The notes beneath the pieces are model-generated. The model did no database searches, was not told where the DNA came from, and saw only the letters and a list, made by a program, of their open reading frames with translations. DNA of 64,000 bases from Candidatus Latescibacterota bacterium (GTDB lineage: Bacteria > Latescibacterota > UBA2968 > GCA-2709665): NCBI GenBank assembly GCA_965248435.1, contig OZ252100.1, positions 5,369,044-5,433,043 on the forward strand, written 5' to 3'. Made by a program: the position numbers and the translations under genes. Of this stretch, positions 8,949 to 18,135 are shown in pieces; within the stretch, counting starts at the first letter, position 1; the number at the start of each line of letters is the position of its first letter.

Positions 8949-9161
8949 TTGGCAGCAGGCAGGATAAAGTGGTTTAATGACGCTAAAGGCTACGGCTTTA
9001 TAGAGCAGGAAGGAGGCGAGGACGTGTTCGTCCACTTTTCTGTGATCCAGGGTGAAGGCTTCAAGTCGTTGGCCGAAGGCGAGGAAGTTGAGTTTGACAT
9101 CACGCAAGGGCCCAAAGGGCTCCAGGCGGCCAATGTCATCAAGGTATCGGGAGGCCAATGA
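8949..9161 (+). CDS. cspA: cold-shock protein (CspA family)
   Basis: [30 protein letters not shown] contains the RNP1 (KGYGFI) and RNP2 (VFVHF) motifs. TTG start with AAGGTGG SD. Confidence 0.9.
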   Translation: MAAGRIKWFNDAKGYGFIEQEGGEDVFVHFSVIQGEGFKSLAEGEEVEFDITQGPKGLQAANVIKVSGGQ

Positions 9162-9189
9162 TCGAAGGTCTTCGTAAGCATTCAATTAC

Positions 9190-9223
9190 ATGCCGACCTC
9201 AAAAAGGGGTCGGCATTTTTTTT
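9190..9223. terminator. bidirectional intrinsic terminator
   Basis: ATGCCGACC...GGTCGGCAT stem followed by a T8 run, between convergent cspA and the UPF0104-like gene. Confidence 0.7.
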
Positions 9224-10253
9224 ACGAGTTTGTGTCAGCTTCGGCTTCGGCGGGAGGGCGATTCGGGGCGATGAGGAGGGCCAGGAGACCCGGGCCCCCA
9301 ATCAGGATGAAGGTGAAATAGGCGATTCCGTGGACGACGGTTGCAAATGCCAGTGCTTCAGGAAGTGAGACGCCGTAGAGATGGTGTAGCGTCTGGCTGC
9401 AGAAATAGTGATAGGTGCCCGCGCCGCCTGGCGTGGGGAGGATGATGCCGATCGTCGCCATAACGGTTACAACCAGAGCTGCGGAAAAGCCCAATCCGTA
9501 TCTGCTGTCAAAATCGAAACTTAAGAACGGAAGATAGACAATCAGGACATAACCTGCGTATAAGATGACGGTCGTAACGGTGATTTCAACGTAACCCGTC
9601 CTGGTCTTGACGGCGCCCATCCCCCGGAAAAAGGCCCTCAAGGTCCCGACCACTCTGGTGGCCAGGGATCGGGAGATCACCCCCAACCCTCGGTCAAGTC
9701 TGGCGAGGGCGCGGTCTCCGTGGACCGACAGGACGGCAAAGATGACTAGTAGGAGCAATGATGCAAAAAACACTAACAGACCAGCGTCCTCGATCCAGGG
9801 GAAGAGGACGGATATCTCTTCCTGAAACGCGACAAGAACTCCGGCCAGCAAGATCATCAAGGCGAGCATGTCGACGATGCGTTCCACGACAACCGTCGCC
9901 AGCAAGGCGCTCACCGACAGGTCTTTCCCCCGCTTCAAGGCCAGAACCCGAAGGAATTCGCCCGCCCTCGGAAGAAGATTGTTGCCCGCGTAGCCGATCA
10001 TGATGGCCATCCATCCGCGCCAGATTGAGATCTCCTTTGAAACCGGTACGATAAGGACCTGCCAGCGTCTGGCGCGGACCAGGTTGAGAAGAACGAGGAT
10101 GACTGTGGAAACGATCAGCCAAAACGGCTTCACCTGCTCGACGGAGCTCTGGAGCTCGCTGAGGCTGACCTGGCGGAACGATGCCCACAGGAACACGCCG
10201 GCCAGGGCCAGGCCGATGAACAGTTTCAGAAGGATCTTCGCGTAGTGCGCCAA
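9222..10253 (-). CDS. flippase-like / lysyl-phosphatidylglycerol-synthase TM-region (UPF0104) membrane protein
   Basis: About 8 TM helices. The N-terminal pattern KILLKLFIGLALAGVFLW...LLNLVRARRWQVLI is typical of this family. Confidence 0.6.
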   Translation of the reverse strand: MAHYAKILLKLFIGLALAGVFLWASFRQVSLSELQSSVEQVKPFWLIVSTVILVLLNLVRARRWQVLIVPVSKEISIWRGWMAIMIGYAGNNLLPRAGEFLRVLALKRGKDLSVSALLATVVVERIVDMLALMILLAGVLVAFQEEISVLFPWIEDAGLLVFFASLLLLVIFAVLSVHGDRALARLDRGLGVISRSLATRVVGTLRAFFRGMGAVKTRTGYVEITVTTVILYAGYVLIVYLPFLSFDFDSRYGLGFSAALVVTVMATIGIILPTPGGAGTYHYFCSQTLHHLYGVSLPEALAFATVVHGIAYFTFILIGGPGLLALLIAPNRPPAEAEADTNS

Positions 10254-10295
10254 TGCCGCGTTCTCAAGAGTTAGAGTGATGACAAGATGGGGTCA

Positions 10296-11207
10296 TCAGG
10301 AAAGATAGCCAAAGCCACGAAGCGCATAGTCCTTCTTTCGCCAGTTCTCGAGCACTTTGACGTGAAGATCGAGATAGACGGGACGGTTCAAAAACGCTTC
10401 AATCTTTTTCCTCGCGTTCTGGCCGATCGACTTCAGCGTCTTACCACGTGATCCGATGACGATTCCCTTTTGCGAGGAGCGCTCTACGATGATCTCCGAT
10501 TGAATGTAGACCTTTTCTCTATCTTCCTTGAACTGTTCAACCGTAACGGCAATCGCATAGGGAACCTCCTGACGGAGCTGACAGAAAATTTCTTCCCGAA
10601 CGAGCTCGGCTACGAAAAATCGCTCGGGCTGTTCTGTCATCATATCCTCAGGATAGAACTTCGGACCCACGGGTAGATTTGCCTCGATGAGAGACCGAAG
10701 CTCCAGCAGGTTGCTTCCCAAAAGGCCCGATATTGGTAGGATTTTGTGGTCAGGGAGTTCTGCCCGGATGCCATTCAGGTGCTGTTCGACCTGATCAGCG
10801 TTTACGAGGTCGGTCTTGTTGAGGGCAACAATAGTGGGGCCCTTGGCATTCTTGAAGACCTTCTTAACCTCATCATCAAAACTGGATTCGAACTCCTTGG
10901 CGTCCAGGATTCCAAGGAGAACATCTGCATCGTCTAAAGCCTCTTCAATATGCCTTCGCATGATCTCTTGAAGTCTATAGCGGGGGTCCAAAAGCCCTGG
11001 CGTGTCCAGAAATAACATCTGTGACTTGTCCGTGGTGACGATACCGAGGACATTCTGACGCGTCGTTTGGGGCTTTTCCGTGACGATTGAAATTCGTTCT
11101 CCCACAAGCGCATTGAAAAGGGTGGACTTGCCAACGTTGGGTCTGCCCAGTAGGACGATATGGCCTGACCGAAATTTCTGCGATTCTTGTGAATTCGGAG
11201 TTTGCAT
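10296..11207 (-). CDS. era: GTPase Era
   Basis: G1 GRPNVGKST, G2 TTR, G3 DTPG, G4 NKTD, and a C-terminal KH domain (..VIGSRGKTLKSIG..). ATG at 11207 is preferred over the longer ORF. Confidence 0.9.
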   Translation of the reverse strand: MQTPNSQESQKFRSGHIVLLGRPNVGKSTLFNALVGERISIVTEKPQTTRQNVLGIVTTDKSQMLFLDTPGLLDPRYRLQEIMRRHIEEALDDADVLLGILDAKEFESSFDDEVKKVFKNAKGPTIVALNKTDLVNADQVEQHLNGIRAELPDHKILPISGLLGSNLLELRSLIEANLPVGPKFYPEDMMTEQPERFFVAELVREEIFCQLRQEVPYAIAVTVEQFKEDREKVYIQSEIIVERSSQKGIVIGSRGKTLKSIGQNARKKIEAFLNRPVYLDLHVKVLENWRKKDYALRGFGYLS

Positions 11208-11214
11208 TACCACG

Positions 11215-12213
11215 CTAAAAGAAGAAAGAGGCTGAAATCTGGTAGGTGTTGTCGAGTTGGCTGTTTTCCACGAAGGCCAGGTCAAATGCGAGGCGGCCGT
11301 ACAGGTAGATTCCCGTTCCCGCGGTGAAGTGATTTCCCTTTGCCCCTATTCGGAATGCAAGTCTCTCCCTGTAGAAATATTCTGCCCCCAACTGTACGCT
11401 TTCGAGGTCTTCCAGTCCGGATTCCTCCTCGAAGATGTGGACACTCCCGGCAAAGATAAGCCGACCGCGCAAGGCCCTGGATCCCCTGGTGTAGGCTCCG
11501 CCGATGATGATGCTCGGCTGAATTCGATCCGTCGTCGCAGAATCGAATGTTATCCGTGTACGCGTGAGGTTCCTGACGCTGGCGCCCAGGGTCAAGGCCG
11601 GAACCGGAACATAGAGAACGCCGACGTCTAGTCCGTAACCGGAGCCGTTTCCAGCCGCCAGGTTGCGCCAGATCAGCTTTAGGGCGGCGCCTAGATAGAG
11701 GTTGGGCCGAGCCGCTCTTCCGTAGGCGAGGTGGAGGTTGTAGTCGGATGTTGCCACTTCTCGAGACACGATAGGTCGGTTTTCCGGGCCCAGTGGCTGA
11801 GAAGGGTCTTCAAGGGTCGTCAACCTTACACCGTCTACTCCGAGGCGCAGAAGGCCGATCCCAAATCCTCCAATCCTCGACGGGCGTGCGAGCGTGATGA
11901 CGTCGTGGTTGACGGTTCCTCCGAACCGCTCGGCGTGCTGAACTTGCGCCTCGCTTCTGCTCAGTCCGGCAAGTCCAGCCGGGTTCCAGTATACAGCAGT
12001 CGCATCGTCACTGACTGGCACGAAGGCGTTTCCCATGCCCAGCGCACGTGCTCCAGCGCCCAACAGCAGGGGATCACCCGCAAAGCGCGGCTCCGATTGA
12101 GCGGATCCTGGTGAATGACTCAGATGCGCAAGGACGAACGGACCCACAATGACAATCAGGATCTTGAGTCTGGGTTGAGTTATTGGGAGAGATTTGAGGC
12201 GCGCGATGCTCAC
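11215..12213 (-). CDS. PorV/PorQ-family (UPF0164-like) outer-membrane beta-barrel
   Basis: GARALGMGNAFVPVSDDATAVYWNPAGLAGL is the family signature. C-terminal ...SASFFF. GTG 12213 gives a signal peptide and forms a GTGA overlap with the upstream stop. Confidence 0.6.
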   Translation of the reverse strand: MSIARLKSLPITQPRLKILIVIVGPFVLAHLSHSPGSAQSEPRFAGDPLLLGAGARALGMGNAFVPVSDDATAVYWNPAGLAGLSRSEAQVQHAERFGGTVNHDVITLARPSRIGGFGIGLLRLGVDGVRLTTLEDPSQPLGPENRPIVSREVATSDYNLHLAYGRAARPNLYLGAALKLIWRNLAAGNGSGYGLDVGVLYVPVPALTLGASVRNLTRTRITFDSATTDRIQPSIIIGGAYTRGSRALRGRLIFAGSVHIFEEESGLEDLESVQLGAEYFYRERLAFRIGAKGNHFTAGTGIYLYGRLAFDLAFVENSQLDNTYQISASFFF

Positions 12214-12587
12214 CGAGGGGATCCCGCGGGAGGGATGAGGATCGCCACGTCTCCTGGTCGCATCGCAGAACCCAGGGCCTTCAGGTCCCATCCTTCGAGT
12301 TCTACGATGTTGAAGTGAGAGGGCGCAGGGAGACCGTCGGGTTGGAGGAGCGTCGCAGGGGCAAAGTAGAGCATCGACATTTCTCGGGGCCCTTCGATCA
12401 GTCGTCCGACGAAGTCAAGCGGCAACGATCTACCGCGTAGCCGGAGGCCCTTATTTCCAAATTCGGGGGTAACCGGATCGATTCTGGTCCTCAGCCGGCA
12501 GAGTTGTGTCTGCAAAGAAGGCTGAACGTGGAAGTCGCGTATTTGGGAGGTTCTTAAAAGGCGCCCTCCGGATTTTAGGTGGACCAC
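12210..12587 (-). CDS. hypothetical protein; true start probably upstream of 12587
   Basis: ORF in the operon between the L,D-transpeptidase and PorV-like genes. The in-frame upstream sequence (to 12809) encodes a signal-peptide-like segment but has no ATG, GTG or TTG. Confidence 0.4.
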   Translation of the reverse strand: MVHLKSGGRLLRTSQIRDFHVQPSLQTQLCRLRTRIDPVTPEFGNKGLRLRGRSLPLDFVGRLIEGPREMSMLYFAPATLLQPDGLPAPSHFNIVELEGWDLKALGSAMRPGDVAILIPPAGSPR

Positions 12588-12772
12588 CCCTGAGGCAAGG
12601 TCGATGACCAGGTAGAAGGTGTCTGAATCTGTATCGATCTGGCGAAGTTCCAGGTCCAGAGCGGATTTCTTATGCTTGAGCTCGTGGCCCTCGAACGATT
12701 CAGCCGATCTCGCGGGCCCGTTGAGGGCCAGCAGACTCAGGATGACAAATAGCGCGGGGATCTGTTTTCCAG

Positions 12773-13387
12773 TTAGTAGATGTATATCGGACTTCCCGTT
12801 TTCACCGTGTTAAAGGTCTTCTCAAGGTCTTCGTCGTTCAAGCGGATGCAGCCGTGTGTAATATGGCGCCCGAGCAGGTGCGGATAGAGGGTCCCGTGGA
12901 TTTCATAACCATCTCCAAGCTCAAGTGCAAATTCCCCGAGCGCTACCGCATCCAACCGCTTAAAGTCCCAGGGCAATACAGGAACTGCCTGACCCCGTTC
13001 TACGAAGGCCCATTCAGGCTTTGCCCACACAGGATCTCGCACCTTTCGTAACACGCGAAACTTCCCCTTGGGGGTCGCAAAGCGCCAGTCTCCCTTCTTA
13101 TGACTCAGCAGCACCTTCCCGCTTCCAGTTGCACAGATGGCTTTTCTGAGGATCCGATTTCGCCGCCGTAATTGAAGCGAATTATGAATGGTATCGATTA
13201 CGATATAAGGTTCATCGTCTGTGTGTTGGTCGAGCGCATCCTCAAGTGCGCGGATCTCTCGTTCCAATTGGGTTACGTCTGGTGTTTCGATGTGCTCAGC
13301 TTTGGAAGGGTCGCGGGCAGAGATTGTATTGGGGATGCATACAATTGCGATTGCAAACAGGAGGGATAGGAGAAGGGATCGGGCCAT
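12773..13387 (-). CDS. L,D-transpeptidase (YkuD domain)
   Basis: Catalytic HGTLYPHLLGRHITHGCIRL (H...S/T-x-GC-I/V-R) and an N-terminal signal peptide. Confidence 0.85.
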   Translation of the reverse strand: MARSLLLSLLFAIAIVCIPNTISARDPSKAEHIETPDVTQLEREIRALEDALDQHTDDEPYIVIDTIHNSLQLRRRNRILRKAICATGSGKVLLSHKKGDWRFATPKGKFRVLRKVRDPVWAKPEWAFVERGQAVPVLPWDFKRLDAVALGEFALELGDGYEIHGTLYPHLLGRHITHGCIRLNDEDLEKTFNTVKTGSPIYIY

Positions 13388-13410
13388 CGCGAGTCTCGGC
13401 CTAAAATCGG

Positions 13411-13442
13411 AAAACCGAGAAGTTCGGCAACTTCTCGGTTTT
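13411..13442 (-). terminator. intrinsic terminator (symmetrical A/T arms)
   Basis: AAAACCGAGAAGTT-CGGC-AACTTCTCGGTTTT perfect stem, 38 nt downstream of the lipoprotein gene that ends at 13480. Confidence 0.65.
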
Positions 13443-13479
13443 CGGAGGAATTCAGCTATGCGTCAGGATGAGAGCCTGT

Positions 13480-14082
13480 TCAAAGCTCGTACCAGGGACG
13501 ATTTTTCTCTTTCCATGTTTCGATTTTCTGCATGGCCGTCTGCATCGCGCCTTGAACCTGACCCAACCTTGACTCGGCGTTTCGTGCCTGGTCCACAGCG
13601 TCTTTGAACCTGCCTGAATTCAGATTTCCCCTGGCATCGCTCAAGCCTGTTTCGACCTGGCCTAAATCGGAACGAAGCTGATCTATATCATCATCGGCTC
13701 CTTTTCCGCGCGGCGCACCGTTGATGGCCGTTCTGGCATCCGTTAGCCCTGTAGAAGTACGGTTAACGATCGCTTGAGCTTCGTCTCTAGACCTTTGTTT
13801 GTTCGCTTCTCCCTCGGACCTTGCTTGATCGGCGAGATCCTTTGCCCTTATGGCAGATGCCTTTGCAGTTTCATAATCCTTCTCCCCTACCTTTGCATTG
13901 GCCTCATCCAGGGCAGTCCTTGCGGATCGGTAGGTATCGGAAGCATAGATGTCAGCTTCCGCATTCTTCGCCTCATTCAGAGACGCTTGAGCCGCGTCCA
14001 GTTCTTGCTGAGGCGGCTGCGCACAACTCATCAAAGTGATAGCCAAACTGAGAACTAGACCCACACTAAGGACAGATCTCAT
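13480..14082 (-). CDS. DUF4398-like coiled-coil lipoprotein
   Basis: Lipobox LMSC. Repeated A..YA...Y..A...L..A pattern (ADIYASDTYRSARTALDEANAKVGEKDYETAKASAIRAKDLADQA). GGAGGGGAGG SD before ATG 14082. Confidence 0.6.
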   Translation of the reverse strand: MRSVLSVGLVLSLAITLMSCAQPPQQELDAAQASLNEAKNAEADIYASDTYRSARTALDEANAKVGEKDYETAKASAIRAKDLADQARSEGEANKQRSRDEAQAIVNRTSTGLTDARTAINGAPRGKGADDDIDQLRSDLGQVETGLSDARGNLNSGRFKDAVDQARNAESRLGQVQGAMQTAMQKIETWKEKNRPWYEL

Positions 14083-14218
14083 CCTCCCCTCCTTTAGTGG
14101 GAAACATGAAGGCGGTAGCACGATCAGGGATAGACCCGAAAAAGCGCGTATCTACAAGCATTGGCAAGAAGATAAAACTAATACGGGGGATTGTCAATAC
14201 AAAAAATGGAGGCAATTG

Positions 14219-14866
14219 TCACTGGACAATATCGCCGTCATCCAGGGTAATAAAGGCGGTCTTTTCTCCGTAGTCTTTTATCCTCCCCCGGTAGCGAATT
14301 TCATCTCCGACCCGCAGATCTTGAAGGACATCCTGCTTTCTCTTATTGAACCGGACGAGGACATCAGATGTCTGGGTAGATGCCAGGTGGCGAATGCTGA
14401 CGTAGGGTTCGACCCCTCCGCCACGATTGATGTAAACGACCGTTCCCTGCCAGATCACCCACTTTCCATTGTAGTTGGCGAATTCGGTCGCCTTCTCCTC
14501 CCGAGAGAGTGTGCTCTCTGGCCCAAATATGGCATTAAACGCATCGAACGTGATTTCTGACCGCGTGGGTGACTGGGCAGTCCTCGCCCTGTGCAGTCTA
14601 TTCCAATTGTAGCTGTAAAAGAGGATCGCGCCGATAATGACCAGATACAAGATCCCCTTCGCCTTTCGGGTCGTGTCCGCTCGTGTGGGCTGACCGCTGG
14701 CGATGCGCTGGAGTCTGTGAATCTCTGCGAGTTTCGCCTGTTCAGTTGGGGTGGGCTCCACCTGGCCTTGCATAACCCCCAACTGACGGTCCAAAAACTC
14801 ACCGCAGAAACGGCACTTCACGGCGTCGTCCTGAATGAGTTCTGCGCAGAAAGGGCACTTTTTCAT
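14219..14866 (-). CDS. zinc-ribbon, single-TM protein with C-terminal beta-rich domain
   Basis: MKKCPFCAELIQDDAVKCRFCGEFL (double CxxC), then TM LYLVIIGAILFYSY. Confidence 0.55.
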   Translation of the reverse strand: MKKCPFCAELIQDDAVKCRFCGEFLDRQLGVMQGQVEPTPTEQAKLAEIHRLQRIASGQPTRADTTRKAKGILYLVIIGAILFYSYNWNRLHRARTAQSPTRSEITFDAFNAIFGPESTLSREEKATEFANYNGKWVIWQGTVVYINRGGGVEPYVSIRHLASTQTSDVLVRFNKRKQDVLQDLRVGDEIRYRGRIKDYGEKTAFITLDDGDIVQ

Positions 14867-15190
14867 GCTGCTCCAATGAGGTGATGGGAGGTCGGCTCAA
14901 AACAAAATATAGGACACCTGCTTTCCCTTGTGCAACACGAATTGGTTTCAACCCCAAGAAGATCCGCCATCGATTTAACAGTTGACTCAAATAAAGGCGC
15001 CCCTCTCCCTTTGTTCGGTCGCCCGCCAGCACGGCTCCTACTCGGGAGAAGGGCGTGTGCCCCGGCTCACCCCGAACCGAGGCTCCTGAGTAAAATTGTA
15101 GGAAAGATCGGGGGCCTAAAATGTGTCAGCGATCACACTTTCGTCGGTTGGGATGCACACCCTCCGGCAGTCGCCCTAGAAACCTCGGGC

Positions 15191-15230
15191 AAACGAAAAG
15201 TGGGCGGCAGGTTTTGACCTGTCGCCCACT
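15191..15230 (-). terminator. intrinsic terminator of the LamG-lipoprotein gene
   Basis: 13-bp stem AGTGGGCGGCAGG/CCTGTCGCCCACT (one G-U pair) followed on the minus strand by TTTTCGTTT. Confidence 0.6.
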
Positions 15231-15253
15231 CTTTGAATGGAATGTTTAGCTGT

Positions 15254-16078
15254 TTAGTCCTTTTCGAGGAGCTTGTTAAGCGGCCGTCGTGGATTCTTCA
15301 GATATATGACATCTTTGTGGGTCAGCATCTTGTCAAAAATTGCGATTTCGTCCAGCTTGCCCGCATAACGGTGGTGGTTAAACCTGACAGTGCGAGCGGA
15401 AATATTCCAAGAGATATTCTGCTGCAGGTTCGTCTTCCGATCTATTTCTGCCCCGTCCACGAAGAGGGCCCATTGCCCGTCGGCCTTGCCGCTGTTAAAA
15501 TTGGACCAGGTAATGACGATGTGATGCCATTCATCCGAATTCCAGTTGATGTCCTCCAAGCGAATGACACGTTCCCGAAGGATCTGGTCAGTTATCTCCT
15601 GGGTCTTATCGGGGTAACAGCCGAAACGAAGGGCATACGGGGTTCTCTTTTTGTCGAAGTCCACGAAAATGACCGCGTCGTCCCATCTCTTTCCAACGTG
15701 AAAAGGTTCGGGGAAATCCGTCTCTAACCCGGCAGGATCGACTGCCAGCCAAAAAGAAACACCCCCGGACCAGGACTGGCTTTCGTCGTAGGGGAAGTTT
15801 CCCATTGCGGTGTAACTCAGTGCCCCAGCCTCACTTTGGAAGGCGACATAGCCATCCACCCGTCCACCGGTTTGAAGATGTTGCGTATGCGCGCCATCGA
15901 GCTCGGCGAGCTCCGAGCCCGTCGCGGTAAGCGCATCAACGCCCTTTTCGAAGTTCGAGAAGAACAGGACGTGCGCGCCGAGGCCTTTTTCTATTTCTCT
16001 CTCTGGCCCACCGCACGCCCAAATCAGGGCCAATGAGGCTACGATAAGGCATCCTGTGTCTACTCTACGTCCCAGCAT
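15254..16078 (-). CDS. LamG/concanavalin-A-like lectin domain lipoprotein
   Basis: Lipobox LIWAC. WHHIVITW...LFVDG...YAGKLDEIAIFDKMLTHKDV is typical of LamG_3 domains. Confidence 0.6.
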   Translation of the reverse strand: MLGRRVDTGCLIVASLALIWACGGPEREIEKGLGAHVLFFSNFEKGVDALTATGSELAELDGAHTQHLQTGGRVDGYVAFQSEAGALSYTAMGNFPYDESQSWSGGVSFWLAVDPAGLETDFPEPFHVGKRWDDAVIFVDFDKKRTPYALRFGCYPDKTQEITDQILRERVIRLEDINWNSDEWHHIVITWSNFNSGKADGQWALFVDGAEIDRKTNLQQNISWNISARTVRFNHHRYAGKLDEIAIFDKMLTHKDVIYLKNPRRPLNKLLEKD

Positions 16079-16171
16079 TTCGAATCTCCTCGTTTGCTGG
16101 CCGGGTCTCAAATGTCGAAGATCATCAATATGTATATATACAAATCAGACAAACCATCCCGCAAGGAGTTT

Positions 16172-17956
16172 CTAGAAGAAATTGAAATCGGTACGGATCG
16201 CCCACGTGTGTTCTCTGGTGTTCCCTCTCTCCCCGCTCGGGAGGGCGAGGTTGTCTCCCAACATGGATTCGTAGGAGACCCGCAGAAGAAGATCTCGGAT
16301 CGGTTCATAAGTAAGCGAAAATCCCAGTCGAGTGCGCTTTTCCAGTATGCCATCCAGGAAGCGTTTACTCGGAGGATCCGAGGGCCTTCTTCCTGCCTCG
16401 GCATCGCCCCCCACATTCTCCAACAAAACCCCCTCCGAACCGATGACATTTTCGCCCTGCCTCTCCCTGTCCAAGGAGAACGCGAACAAGAGTGAAGGCG
16501 AAAAGTGATGGATAACGCGTCCGAATATGCGGTCGGCGTTGGGGCCGACAGGGTAACCCAGCAGAGCATCGAAATGTTCATAGGTGTTGATGGCGAACTT
16601 GTGGGAGTATACAAAGGGCTCCAATCGGACGTATTCCAGGGACAATTCTGTGTCGTGGAGACCGAACGGGTCAACCCATTGGAGTCCGAACTGCAGAGCG
16701 TATTTATTTGCGAATGCCCCGGGGGTGAACTTTTTCAGATCATCGAACAGCACAGCAAAGTAGAGCCAAAGATTTTGTCTTGGATTGCCGCTGAGGTCGA
16801 GGCCAACGAGCATATTGTCATTGTCGCCCAAGTAGGTCTGCGCGGCGGTTAACACGGTCGCTGGGTTGGCGTATAAAAATTCGAGTGACCTGTCGCCGTA
16901 AACGACGGATTCCTGAAGTCCCAGGAGCACTCCTCTGGGGAACGAGACCTCGAACCGATGCGCTGCCAGGTGCTTGGAGCGGCGAAAGGTGCGCAAGTGG
17001 CCGTTGTCGAGTCTGGTTCGAGAGGTATCGATCAGCCCTTCACGCGCACGGGGGAACCCCACGACGTGGATAAACCGAAATCGACCGTGTTCGGCTCTCA
17101 TGCGAACGATCGCGTAGGACGAAGCCTTGTCCGAGAGCAAAAGGTTTCCTGTCCTTCCCGGGCCCCAATCCAGGCTTGTTTTGCCTATGTCAATGTCGAA
17201 CCAGGGCGTTGCCAGGATGAATTGAAACTCGGCCTGGCGGAAGTCGACGGATTTCCCTTTCAACTGGATGTCCTCAATGGGTTTGGCGATCACGTCTCCA
17301 CGGGATAGGCGGACTCGCGTACTCTGTTCCCTGGCTTCGTAATGCCGAACTCGAAACCCAAAGCGATTATGGTAGGTGCCGCGAACGATCGCGCCGAGAT
17401 AGGTTTGAGAAACGATTTCCCGGGCGCGTGCGCCGCCCCGTATCACGAGTACTTGCTCGCGAATCAGCGGGTCCAAAACAAACGCTGCTGAGGAATCCTG
17501 CCAGGCAAAAAGGTTGTTTCCAGACGATATGCGTTCGATAAGGCCGCTCTGATGCGAATCATGAGCCCCCGCCTTACCGAGCGTGGTCAGTTCCCACCTG
17601 AATTCGGCGCGGTGCCTCTCGAGGATACCCCGTTCGGTTTTCGAGAGGCGGCCCCCTGATTCTGCCGTTTGAAGGATATCCAGAAGAAGAAGGGCCGCAC
17701 GATTTCTTGTGAACGGTCGGTGGCCGGGAACGGACTGCTTGAGCCAGCCACGGGCCTGAAATCGGTCGACCGTTCGATAGATGCGATGTGAGAGGGGAAC
17801 GTCCGGGCTTGGATCTTCACCAAAGGCGGGAACTGTGGACAGCGCCAAGCAGGTAAGAACGGTGAAGAGCGATTTCACGGAAAAGTGGACCGTTCGATTC
17901 GGGGAAAGGGGAGAAATTGACCGGATCGAACGAAAATATGAGCACACAACGTACAA
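16172..17956 (-). CDS. Wzi-like capsule-assembly outer-membrane protein
   Basis: N-terminal LSHRIYRTVDRFQARGWL...RPFTRNRAALLL matches the Wzi-family opening. Long beta-rich body ending ...RTDFNFF. The true start is probably internal (VKSLFTVLTCLALS...). Confidence 0.5.
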   Translation of the reverse strand: MYVVCSYFRSIRSISPLSPNRTVHFSVKSLFTVLTCLALSTVPAFGEDPSPDVPLSHRIYRTVDRFQARGWLKQSVPGHRPFTRNRAALLLLDILQTAESGGRLSKTERGILERHRAEFRWELTTLGKAGAHDSHQSGLIERISSGNNLFAWQDSSAAFVLDPLIREQVLVIRGGARAREIVSQTYLGAIVRGTYHNRFGFRVRHYEAREQSTRVRLSRGDVIAKPIEDIQLKGKSVDFRQAEFQFILATPWFDIDIGKTSLDWGPGRTGNLLLSDKASSYAIVRMRAEHGRFRFIHVVGFPRAREGLIDTSRTRLDNGHLRTFRRSKHLAAHRFEVSFPRGVLLGLQESVVYGDRSLEFLYANPATVLTAAQTYLGDNDNMLVGLDLSGNPRQNLWLYFAVLFDDLKKFTPGAFANKYALQFGLQWVDPFGLHDTELSLEYVRLEPFVYSHKFAINTYEHFDALLGYPVGPNADRIFGRVIHHFSPSLLFAFSLDRERQGENVIGSEGVLLENVGGDAEAGRRPSDPPSKRFLDGILEKRTRLGFSLTYEPIRDLLLRVSYESMLGDNLALPSGERGNTREHTWAIRTDFNFF

Positions 17957-18051
17957 GTCAAGAAAAACCCGGGGTCTGAGACAGCGGCCTAGAACGTCGA
18001 AGCCTAAGTTTTATTAACACTTAGTGCATTCAGCCCGCCGCTTGAATTGTC

Positions 18052-18080
18052 TTGACAGCTTTGGGGCATTTTGTTATTTA
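18052..18080 (+). promoter_or_regulatory. sigma70-like promoter for the 1583-aa gene
   Basis: TTGACA (18052-18057), 17 nt, TATTTA (18075-18080), ~55 nt upstream of ATG 18136. Confidence 0.4.
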
Positions 18081-18135
18081 CTAGCACCGTATTGCGCTTT
18101 CGAAGGCGCCTAGATCCCAAAGTTGGAGTCCAACG

